IMG/VR virus record: IMGVR_UViG_3300018933_000073
Reading direction: 5' to 3' (one strand)
Length of the DNA: 24,963 nt
DNA from: a virus
Lineage: Duplodnaviria > Caudoviricetes
The position numbers and the translations under genes were made by a program. Below, one piece after another: positions 1-7,466 of this stretch. The notes beneath the pieces are model-generated. The model did not search any database. It had not been told where the DNA came from and saw only the letters and a program-made list of their open reading frames with translations. Each line of letters opens with the position of its first letter. Position 1 is the first letter of the stretch.

Positions 1-195
1 TCACCACCCGCACAGCGCCGCGCCTTTCTCGTTGTGGCGGAGGATCCGGTCTTCCGTGACCGGCGTCAGGCGGTCGCCGGTTTGAAACGGGATTGGCCGC
101 GCGATCCGGCAAAACGTGTCAGCGGACGGTCCACTTGTCGCGCAGCCGCTTGCGGCCAGCAGCATCAAGCCCGTCAATCCGGCGGTCCACCTCAT
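1..195 (-). CDS. Rz1-like outer-membrane spanin lipoprotein
   Basis: MRWTAGLTGLMLLAASGC signal peptide with lipobox, further Cys residues (FC...LCGW); overlaps 3' end of the Rz-like gene in another frame; last gene of lysis cassette. Alternative GTG start at 201. Confidence 0.8.
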   Translation of the reverse strand: MRWTAGLTGLMLLAASGCATSGPSADTFCRIARPIPFQTGDRLTPVTEDRILRHNEKGAALCGW

Positions 196-346
196 GGGCA
201 CGCTCCAGTTGTTCGATGATCCGTGCTTGGGAGGCGGTGCGCTCGTCCAGCCGCCCCGCCTCCCGCTGCTTGGTCTCGCGCCACGCTGCCAGGGCCTGTT
301 CCAAGACCCCGGCCAACGTGGAGAGGATGGACAGGAGCCGGATCAC
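119..346 (-). CDS. Rz-like inner-membrane spanin
   Basis: GTG start overlapping upstream stop (GTGA); hydrophobic N-terminus (IRLLSILSTLAGVL) then charged helical region; overlaps lipoprotein gene. Confidence 0.7.
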   Translation of the reverse strand: MIRLLSILSTLAGVLEQALAAWRETKQREAGRLDERTASQARIIEQLERAHEVDRRIDGLDAAGRKRLRDKWTVR

Positions 347-543
347 TCCGGCGCCCGGTCCTTGGTCCGCCCGTCCCGGGTGACGATGCCAACCGCACCG
401 GCCACGGCCACACCGGCGGTGGCGATGGCTTCGGCCTGCTCCGGCGACACATGGACGCCGAAGGCGGCGGCCACGGCGATCAGGCCGAGCCAGGTGGACC
501 GTTCGCGGGCACGGTCGAGGAGGAACGTCGAAAGGGCTTTCAT
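343..543 (-). CDS. Putative holin (two predicted TM segments, 66 aa)
   Basis: MKALSTFLLDRARERSTWLGLIAVAAAFGV...AIATAGVAVAGAVGIV, charged C-tail; ATGA overlap with endolysin stop. Confidence 0.7.
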   Translation of the reverse strand: MKALSTFLLDRARERSTWLGLIAVAAAFGVHVSPEQAEAIATAGVAVAGAVGIVTRDGRTKDRAPE

Positions 544-992
544 GCGGTGTCTCCCAGGAAAAGCCGGCGCTCGGCATCGCGTCGGCGGGTGAGGCCCGGC
601 AGCACCCGGCCGCCGGACCGGTTCCAGCGCGCGAACTCCGCGGCCGCGCCCTGGCGGTCCCCGGCGTTCAGCTTGCGCAGAAGGGTGGATTTGCGGAGCG
701 CCCCCGCTCCGACGTTGAAGACGAACGAGGTGAGCGCCGCCAGCTCGTGCGGTTCGAGGGCCACCGCCGCCATGCCGAGCACCGCGGCGGCGAACCGTTG
801 CAGGTCGGCGTCCAGGCGGGCATCGGCCTGCGCCTGCGTCCACACCGTGCCCTCGTGGATGTCCGGCCCGGTGGCCCCGTAGCCGACGGTCCACACGCCG
901 GCCGGGCAGCGGTAGGCGGCGAGCCGGCCGCCCTCGAACCCGGCCACCAGCGGCCGGGCCAGCGTCACGGCGTCGGCGAGCGGCGGCCTCAC
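540..992 (-). CDS. Phage endolysin, GH24 lysozyme (150 aa)
   Basis: FEGGRLAAYRCPAGVWTVGYG catalytic region (E-x8-C-x5-T), ALTSFVFNVG, STLLRKLNAGD, LPGLTRRRDAERRLF; GTG start in GTGA overlap at 989-992. Confidence 0.95.
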   Translation of the reverse strand: MRPPLADAVTLARPLVAGFEGGRLAAYRCPAGVWTVGYGATGPDIHEGTVWTQAQADARLDADLQRFAAAVLGMAAVALEPHELAALTSFVFNVGAGALRKSTLLRKLNAGDRQGAAAEFARWNRSGGRVLPGLTRRRDAERRLFLGDTA

Positions 993-1309
993 CGCGGCCC
1001 CTCGCCGGTCAGGTAGCCGGTCTTGTAGGCGATGCCGGCCAGGATCACGACGAACAGCCACTTGGTGGTGGTCGCCACGATGGTCCTGCCGGCCTCGGAC
1101 TTCAGCGACCGCCAGGCGCCGAGCACGCCGCGCAGCTCCAGCACGTCCTTGGCCGCGTCCTGGTCGTGCAGGCCCACACGCTCCAGCGCGCGCTTGGCTC
1201 CCTCCTCCGCGGCATCGGCCAGCAGCGCGCGAAGTGCGGCATCGTCCAGGCGATCGGGCATGCGAAAGGGTCCGGTGGGCGGCAGCGCCGCCCCGGCTTC
1301 TCGGTTCAT
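989..1309 (-). CDS. DUF6127-like single-TM protein of the lysis cassette (possible second holin or antiholin)
   Basis: AAEEGAKRALERVGL...DVLELRGVL...C-terminal TM KWLFVVILAGIAYK; AGGAG RBS upstream of ATG 1309 (alternative start 1261). Confidence 0.7.
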   Translation of the reverse strand: MNREAGAALPPTGPFRMPDRLDDAALRALLADAAEEGAKRALERVGLHDQDAAKDVLELRGVLGAWRSLKSEAGRTIVATTTKWLFVVILAGIAYKTGYLTGEGPR

Positions 1310-1754
1310 CGAAAACACTCCTGTCAGGGTGTAAGGGGTCGGCCGGCGGCTGATCCGGCCGGGAATGGCCCCCGACATTGTTCGCCGGAGCGACGAGCAA
1401 CGCGGATTGGAATGCAGGGTCAGTGGCTTGAGGGAATTCGTGCCGCTCAAAAGGCATGGCCGAATCCAGCGGCGGCCGGCTTGGCCTGCTTGGTTGGAAA
1501 ACGTTCCAGGCGATTTCAAACGGGATGACGGGCCAAGCCTGTCAATCGGCCCGAAGTCCGGCCGTAACTGCCGTCAGGGTTCCCGCGGTGCCTCCCGCAT
1601 GTTCACCCTCCGGCCCGAAAGGCTCTGCGAATGGCGGGCGAGGTGACTTTCCCGCCCGCCTCCGCTACCAATACGGGAATGCCGTCGCAAGCAGCCACAA
1701 AGGTCCGGACCATCGCGATGCGGCATCCACCACCAACCCCGCCAGGAAGCCGCA

Positions 1755-1955
1755 ATGGTCGCGCTTGACGAATGGCTCGGCGCTCTGGCCGCCGCCCTGG
1801 TGGAAGGCTACCTCCACGAACACTTCACCCGGCCGGCCAAGGTTTACGTCATCATTCTCCGGATCCTGTTTGCCGTTTTGTTCATGGTTTGCTTCGTGCT
1901 TTTTATCATGTTTGGGGACGAGTTGGGTTTCTGGCCACCTCTACCGCCACCCTGA
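1755..1955 (+). CDS. Small membrane protein, moron copy 1 (candidate superinfection exclusion)
   Basis: 66 aa with strong TM segment VYVIILRILFAVLFMVCFVLFIMFG; lower GC; antisense to late operon; paralog of 2078..2257. Confidence 0.7.
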   Translation: MVALDEWLGALAAALVEGYLHEHFTRPAKVYVIILRILFAVLFMVCFVLFIMFGDELGFWPPLPPP

Positions 1956-2077
1956 GCCCGCCATTGTCTTTGTCCAATTCCAGGACGCCCCCTTCTCTGG
2001 ATCTTCACTGCAGGCAATTTGAGCTGAAAGATGATTTCTTCGCCTCTCTCCACCACCGACCCTGTGCGGGAACCGCA

Positions 2078-2257
2078 ATGGTCGCACTTGACGAATGGCT
2101 CGCCGCCTTTGCGGTCGCCCTGACAGAAGATTATCTCCACGAACGCTTCACCCGCCCAGACAAGGATTACGTCGCCATACTCCAGATACTGTTCGCTTCC
2201 CCTTTTATGGCCGCCTTTATCCTTTTCATTTTGCTCAGCGATCAACTGGGTTTCTGA
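2078..2257 (+). CDS. Small membrane protein, moron copy 2 (candidate superinfection exclusion)
   Basis: MVALDEWLAAFAVALTEDYLHERFTRPDKDYVAILQILFASPFMAAFILFILLSDQLGF, 40/59 identical to copy 1 by manual count; same CCGCAATGGTCGC start context. Confidence 0.7.
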   Translation: MVALDEWLAAFAVALTEDYLHERFTRPDKDYVAILQILFASPFMAAFILFILLSDQLGF

Positions 2258-3453
2258 CCGTCTCCAAAACCCACTTGAAGCGATCGATTTCCTCGTCCAG
2301 CTCCGGCGCCGATTTTTTGACCGCGGCAAGCCAAGCGGTGTGGCTGGATAATCCATTGGGGCCGGTGGAGCGGGCGGCGATGGAAGCATCCTGCGCCAAC
2401 CACCGCACGAAGGGAGGGTTGGTGATGAGCTTGGCGGCTGTGCCGGGCGGCAGCCATCTTTCGTCCATGAGGATCGCCATCGCGGGCATGGAACGATCAT
2501 TGGAGAGGACGGCCCCCGCGGTCCCGCCGTGACCGGCAACCATCGTACTGCGCCCGGGATTTGATCCGTTGGCGAACGCCCTGCCCTCCTCCAGCAGACG
2601 GGTGGCCCGGGTCAGGGCGGCCAGATTTTCTGCCAAATCGCCGTACTGCGTTCCGCTGAACAGTGCCCGGTGTGCATCCGGGGACAACTTGCCCCATTCG
2701 GCCAGGAAGTTGGCCACAGAGAAATTGGCGGACTGGCCGGCGGCGTCAGCCTGCCCGGCATCCGGAAGCCCCATTCGCCCCAGCGTCACCCCGGCCAAGG
2801 CGTTCCATTGCCTTGGGGTAAAATTCCCCCGGAAGTTGAAGAGTTTCCCCGCCCCATCCCCGTGGTAGTTCCGGACGAGGCCGAGCACGTACTCGGAACC
2901 GTCCCGATCCGCGACCGCCGGGCTCCGCCGGCCATTCGGCGTCCCGATCATCCATGCGGATGTGTTCTCGGCCGTTTCCAATGTTGCAACAGGCGGGATG
3001 GCGGGGATCGTGTCGTCCCCAGGCGAGACATACTCGTAGGCGAGATCGATTGCCGTGTCCGTTGCATCTTTGGGGCCCATGGAAACCACTTTCCGGGAAA
3101 TACCGGACAGTTCCGGGAAAAGACGCGACGTCACCGCATCGCCAACCCGGTGCGCGAGGCCCGCGATGACCGCGGTCATCGCGGTGTCCGTCGTTGTAGA
3201 GGGTTGGGCGCCCGGTGACGGGGCTCATGAACACGAAGTTGCCCCCACCATAGGGTTGCGCATCCGGATGGAACTTTCGCATGGTTGAAAGCCGATCCTC
3301 CGCCGTCCAGGCGGCACCGACCGCTGCACGCACCAGAGGACGTGCCCCCGTGCGCCGATCCAACGCCGCTTCCAAATTTAATCGGCGCTGCACGTCCATC
3401 ACGGGATCGTTGAAGGCGCGGTTGTTCATCCCGTTCTGAAACGGGCTCGTCAT
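2235..3453 (-). pseudogene. DNA ejection (injection) protein gene, apparently frameshifted (N-part frame from 3453; C-part ORF 3179..2235)
   Basis: Start overlaps upstream stop (ATGA). N-part (DAQPYGGGNFVFMSPVTGRPTLYN) and C-part (FSVANFLAEWGKLSPDAHRALF...AAKLITNPPFVRWLA) both look like ejection-protein sequence but lie in different frames; total 1219 nt = 3n+1; last gene of ejection cluster. Confidence 0.6.
3161..3184. repeat. Perfect 24-bp palindrome CCGCGATGACCGCGGTCATCGCGG
   Basis: Sequence equals its own reverse complement, no spacer. Confidence 0.97.
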
Positions 3454-3890
3454 CGCATCCCCTCCCGGAACACCCGCCAGCGATTTATCGTGGCCTGGAG
3501 CTGCTCGGTCGTCATCGACCGCATGTCCAACCCGATCAGCTCATCCATGCCCATGGTGGCGATCCGGGCCGGTGCGATGCCCTGCGGCGACCGGCCGGGC
3601 TGTGGAACAATCGGTGCCGGCTGCCCCTGCAGCCGCTGGCGCGCCAGTGCCCGGTCCTGCATCGCGGATGCCTGCACCACGCCCTGCTGCGCACCCTGGA
3701 GGCCCATGCCCAGCGCTTGGCCGAAGCTGACCGGCGTGGGCGAATACCCGCCGGCCTGCATCAGCCCGCCGGCCATGCCCAAAAGCCCCATGGCCTGGGG
3801 GTTGGCGAACATGTCGGGCAGCCCCTGCACCTGCCTGTTCCGCGGTGCCCCGTTCTCGTCGCCGCCCATGATCCTGTCGAACAGTCCCAT
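3450..3890 (-). CDS. Short ejection/internal virion protein (146 aa)
   Basis: MGLFDRI... MGLLGMAGGLMQAGGYSPTPVSFGQALGMGLQG Gly/Met-rich amphipathic N-terminus typical of second ejection proteins; GAGGT RBS. Confidence 0.65.
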   Translation of the reverse strand: MGLFDRIMGGDENGAPRNRQVQGLPDMFANPQAMGLLGMAGGLMQAGGYSPTPVSFGQALGMGLQGAQQGVVQASAMQDRALARQRLQGQPAPIVPQPGRSPQGIAPARIATMGMDELIGLDMRSMTTEQLQATINRWRVFREGMR

Positions 3891-3898
3891 GGCCCACC

Positions 3899-4876
3899 TC
3901 ACCGAATGAACGGGGACAGCAGGCCCAGCCCGGCGCCGATGCCCGCGCCGGCGGGGCCGCCGAACATGCCGCCCAACTGCGCACCGCCCAGCGCCCCGCC
4001 CATCATCGCGGCGCCGGTGTTGCGGAAGTACGGCTGCGTCGTCGTGCTGCCCATCGGTGCCCCGGTCAGCACCCCTTGCCGGATGGCAAGCTGCTGGAGC
4101 GGGTAGTTCTGCCGCTCCAGGTGGTCGGCATACCCCTTGTCCAGATGGGCTTGGTTCAACGCCTGATGCTGTCCACCGGACTGTTGCAAGGCGCCGATGT
4201 TGCGCAGCAGATAGCCCTGGGTGGCCGCCGCGTTCTGCGCCATCTGGCCCGACGCCTGGAGGTTCAGGCCCGCCGACTGCAATCCGGCCGATTGGTTGGC
4301 AAGCTGGGCCTGCATCTCGCGGTTCAGGTCCTGGCTGGCCAGATCCTGGGCACGGACGAACCCTTGCGAGCGCAGGCCGGCCGACGTGCGCGCCGCCGCG
4401 TCGATGCCGCCGCGCGCAACCTCGCCGTTCATAACCGCCTGCCGCGTGCCCCCGAACGCCCCGGCCACCGCCGCCCGCGCGTTGGCCGCCAGCTGCTGCT
4501 GGCTGGTGAACCGGTTCAGGTCGGCCAAGCTGGTCTGGACCACATGGTTTTCCCACGGGTTCGTGTAGCCCGACAGGTCGCGGCCATTCAGCGAACCCGC
4601 CCGCACCTGTTGCGGCTGGTAGCTGCCCACCCGCGACGCCACGCCCTGCGCCTGGCGAATGTCGTCCAGGCCGGGGTTCTCCTCGGCCAGCCGCTGCGTC
4701 AGTTCCGAGGCCCGGTTCTGCTGCAGGGTCGGACCGGCGATCCGCTCGCCGGTGTAGGGCATGTACTCCCGGCCCGCGATCTGGTTCGCCAGGTTGATGT
4801 TGCCCGTGACCTGGTTCACCGCCCAATCCGGCGGGCTGGTCGTGGACGTGACGTTCTTGCTGCCGCCACCGCTCAT
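3899..4876 (-). CDS. Ejection/pilot internal virion protein (325 aa)
   Basis: MSGGGSKNVTSTTSPPDW start, YTNPW, AGAFGGTRQAV, Q/A-rich helices, Gly-rich hydrophobic C-terminus; follows GNAT-like gene. Confidence 0.8.
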   Translation of the reverse strand: MSGGGSKNVTSTTSPPDWAVNQVTGNINLANQIAGREYMPYTGERIAGPTLQQNRASELTQRLAEENPGLDDIRQAQGVASRVGSYQPQQVRAGSLNGRDLSGYTNPWENHVVQTSLADLNRFTSQQQLAANARAAVAGAFGGTRQAVMNGEVARGGIDAAARTSAGLRSQGFVRAQDLASQDLNREMQAQLANQSAGLQSAGLNLQASGQMAQNAAATQGYLLRNIGALQQSGGQHQALNQAHLDKGYADHLERQNYPLQQLAIRQGVLTGAPMGSTTTQPYFRNTGAAMMGGALGGAQLGGMFGGPAGAGIGAGLGLLSPFIR

Positions 4877-4877
4877 C

Positions 4878-5234
4878 TCACACCTCCATGATGGAATACG
4901 CCGCGAGCCGACGCCCGCCGATGGCCCGCACCCAACCGGGTCGGCCCAACACCTCCAGCCGTGCACAGCCCTGGGCCTTCGCCCAGACGGCTACGCTGCG
5001 GACCATTTCCTTGATCTCCTCCAGCTCCCCGCCGCCCAGCCACACCCGGCACGCCTTCAGGCGGGGGTAGTCGACCAGCTCGGTTACCAGGACCGCCGTC
5101 CGGCCCGGCCAGAACTGCGCCTCGCCGCGCTCCACCTGCGCCCGCACGTCGTCCAGCGTGTGGGTGTCGCCGGCATGCGCCAGCGCCGCCGCGAGCCACC
5201 GCCCGCAGCGCGCCCATTCCGCGTCCATGGTCAT
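4878..5234 (-). CDS. Small GNAT-like virion assembly protein (position of P22 gp14/T7 gp13)
   Basis: LVTELVDYPRLKACRVWLGGGEL...WAKAQGCARLEVLGRPGWVR; located between nozzle and ejection genes; ATGA overlap. Confidence 0.7.
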   Translation of the reverse strand: MTMDAEWARCGRWLAAALAHAGDTHTLDDVRAQVERGEAQFWPGRTAVLVTELVDYPRLKACRVWLGGGELEEIKEMVRSVAVWAKAQGCARLEVLGRPGWVRAIGGRRLAAYSIMEV

Positions 5235-6994
5235 CTCCGTGCGCCGGTGGGAAGCAGGTCGGCCCGCATGGCGCCCAGCCGCCATGCCGCCGGGGCTGTG
5301 CTGAACTCAAGGCGCAAGGCCATCAGCCGAGCCGTCAGCCTTGTATCCAGCGCCTGCGTATCCGCCGTGACCAAGCCCACCGGTGTGCGGGTGGCGGCGG
5401 CCTGGGACCAAGCCACGGTGTCCACGTGCAGGCTCACCGCCCCTTGCAGATCCTTGAAGTCGGGGACGAGCCGGCGGATCGCCATCAGCGTGTCGCCGTC
5501 GCCGAGGTCGATGAACCCGGATTGCAGGTGCCCCGCCAGCGGCCCGCCGTCGGCACTCGCCCCCCGCTCGTGGAAGTACAACGCCCCGGCCGGGTCCACG
5601 GCCAGCGGATGCGGCAACGCCCCGGCGTCGATCCACGCCGTCCGCGCCAGCCGGCCGCCATGCCACACGCCCTCGACATAGTTGTAGGCCACGTAGCGGC
5701 TGACCTCGTTGCCGTCCCGCTTGTCCGGGTACAGCCACCACACCTCGTTCCACTGGCCGATGTGGGCGGCCACCACCTTTTCGCCCTGCACGTGAGCCAG
5801 GTGGTCGAACAGGTCGGCGCGCATCGGGCACGGGACCGGGGCCACCCCGCCGCCGGACCAGGAAAAGAACTGCCCGCTGTTCGACATCCACAGCACGCCG
5901 GCCGGGGTCTCCACCGCCGCGTGCGGGGCGATCAGGCCACAGCCCTCGCCCACCAGCCGGAAGCCGTACACCAGCGTCGGGTCGCCCAGGAACGTCATGG
6001 CGTAGGCGCCGGCATCGGTCAGGATCAGGTTGGCCGAGCGCGTGGGCAGCCCGCGCACGATGCGGTTGCCCACCGACAGCGGAAAATCCCCGGCCAGGTT
6101 CTGCGAGGACGGCACCCAGGCGGTGTTGTCCTCCTGGTCGGACCAGCGCACCAGCATGGGCTGGAACGCGGTGCCGTCGTGCGCGCCGCAGGCCACCAGG
6201 ATGCGTTCCGGCGACACGAAGATGGAGCCGACACGGGCCGGGGCGCCGGCAATCGCCACCGCACGGGCCGCGGGATCGAGCGCCCATTCGTAGATGGTCC
6301 CGCCGCGCGGCGCCGCCACCAGGTTCTGCCCCCAGTTGTCCAGCGTCCAGGTGCGGGGCAGGAAGTCCACCGCCGCGCTGGTGCCGAACGGGCCGGTGCC
6401 ATAGGTGCCGGTGCCGAAGCCGGCCCCGCCGGTGCCGTCCGCCAGCCCCACCGGCAGCCGGTACCGGTAGGCCACCGAAACCCCGCCGCCGGCCGCCACC
6501 GTCGAGGTGGCCGGGGTGGCGTGGGTGATCGTGTAGCGGTCCGCGTCCACCCGGGTGGCGGTGTATTCGCCGTCCGGGGTGATCCCGCCCACCGCCGCCG
6601 CGCCGGAAAACGCCACGCGGTCCCCGGTCGAAACGCCGTGGGCGGTGTGGATGACGGTGACGGTGGCGGAACCGGCGGTGGTGGCGAACGGGTTGGACAG
6701 GGTGCCGGCGGCGCGGTCGGGGGTGATGTCGTACAGGCCGCCACCCTGCCAGACATGGAGGTGGGTGTGGGTGCCGATGGCCGCCTGGACGGTGCCGTCG
6801 TTGGCCTGCCAGGCGTGCAGGCCGCGGGTGAGGCCCCGGACGGTGTCGGTGGTGGCCTTCTCGTACCCGCCCACCGCCTGCGGCAGGCCGCGGACGAAGC
6901 GCACCCAGTTGCCGTCCACCCATGCGCCTTCCAGCGCGGTGGCGGTGTCGTCGCGGGTGATGCCCGGACGAAAGGTCAGTGCGGACAGCGGCAT
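5231..6994 (-). CDS. Tail nozzle / packaged-DNA stabilisation protein (P22 gp10-like), 587 aa
   Basis: Size, Trp-rich beta-propeller-like sequence (LVRWSDQED, GCGLIAPHAAV, WNEVWWLYP, RYVAYNYVEGVW), inserted NPFATTAGSATVTV..HGVSTGD beta domain; gene position. Confidence 0.8.
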   Translation of the reverse strand: MPLSALTFRPGITRDDTATALEGAWVDGNWVRFVRGLPQAVGGYEKATTDTVRGLTRGLHAWQANDGTVQAAIGTHTHLHVWQGGGLYDITPDRAAGTLSNPFATTAGSATVTVIHTAHGVSTGDRVAFSGAAAVGGITPDGEYTATRVDADRYTITHATPATSTVAAGGGVSVAYRYRLPVGLADGTGGAGFGTGTYGTGPFGTSAAVDFLPRTWTLDNWGQNLVAAPRGGTIYEWALDPAARAVAIAGAPARVGSIFVSPERILVACGAHDGTAFQPMLVRWSDQEDNTAWVPSSQNLAGDFPLSVGNRIVRGLPTRSANLILTDAGAYAMTFLGDPTLVYGFRLVGEGCGLIAPHAAVETPAGVLWMSNSGQFFSWSGGGVAPVPCPMRADLFDHLAHVQGEKVVAAHIGQWNEVWWLYPDKRDGNEVSRYVAYNYVEGVWHGGRLARTAWIDAGALPHPLAVDPAGALYFHERGASADGGPLAGHLQSGFIDLGDGDTLMAIRRLVPDFKDLQGAVSLHVDTVAWSQAAATRTPVGLVTADTQALDTRLTARLMALRLEFSTAPAAWRLGAMRADLLPTGARR

Positions 6995-6995
6995 G

Positions 6996-7466
6996 TCACG
7001 GCACCTGCCCGGCCAGGATGCGCTCCGCCCGGCCGGGAGCCAGCAGGCCGATCGCCTCCATGTAGCGGGTGCCGGCCACCGTGTTGGGGTCGTCCAGGCG
7101 CACCTCCTGCGCGTCCTGCAGCAGGTCGAGGAAGTCCACCACCACCGGATCGGCGCTGGCGCGGATGGCGATGCGCTCGTCCGGCGTCAGCAGGAGCTTG
7201 AACTGAAGCCGGGTCAGCGGGCCGGGCGCGGGCTCCGGCGGCGGGGCCGGGTCGGGCCGGCGCACGAAGGTGCCGTCCCGCCATTCGTAGCGGCCGGGCG
7301 CGAAGTCGGCGGGCACCAGGGCGGCGGCCACGCCCCGCACCTCGGTGATGCCGGCGGCCCAGGGATAGCGGGCGTCCTCGGTGGTGACGCCCTCGGCGTC
7401 CTGCTCGGCCTTGTTCGCCAGCGCCACGATGGTGGGGCCGGCCAGGATCAGGAAGCGCAGGGTCAT
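6996..7466 (-). CDS. Putative tail-fibre assembly chaperone (156 aa)
   Basis: Directly after fibre (ATGA overlap); Pro linker then LTRLQFKLLLTPDERIAIRAS.DPVVVDFLDLL...GLLAPGRAERIL. Confidence 0.65.
   Translation of the reverse strand: MTLRFLILAGPTIVALANKAEQDAEGVTTEDARYPWAAGITEVRGVAAALVPADFAPGRYEWRDGTFVRRPDPAPPPEPAPGPLTRLQFKLLLTPDERIAIRASADPVVVDFLDLLQDAQEVRLDDPNTVAGTRYMEAIGLLAPGRAERILAGQVP

Larger units (their letters stand above)
1730..2257. repeat. Diverged direct repeat (~200 bp units, 323 bp apart) covering the two membrane genes
   Basis: ccgcaatggtcgcRcttgacgaatggctcg ... tgggtttctgRcc shared at ~1750-1936 and ~2073-2259. Confidence 0.9.

Noticed and set aside
2746-3160. Continuation of ORF 2746..3453 as an independent 235-aa protein
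   Set aside because: Most of it overlaps the better ORF 2235..3179 and reads as off-frame sequence; treated as a frameshift consequence, although the first few dozen codons could still be genuine
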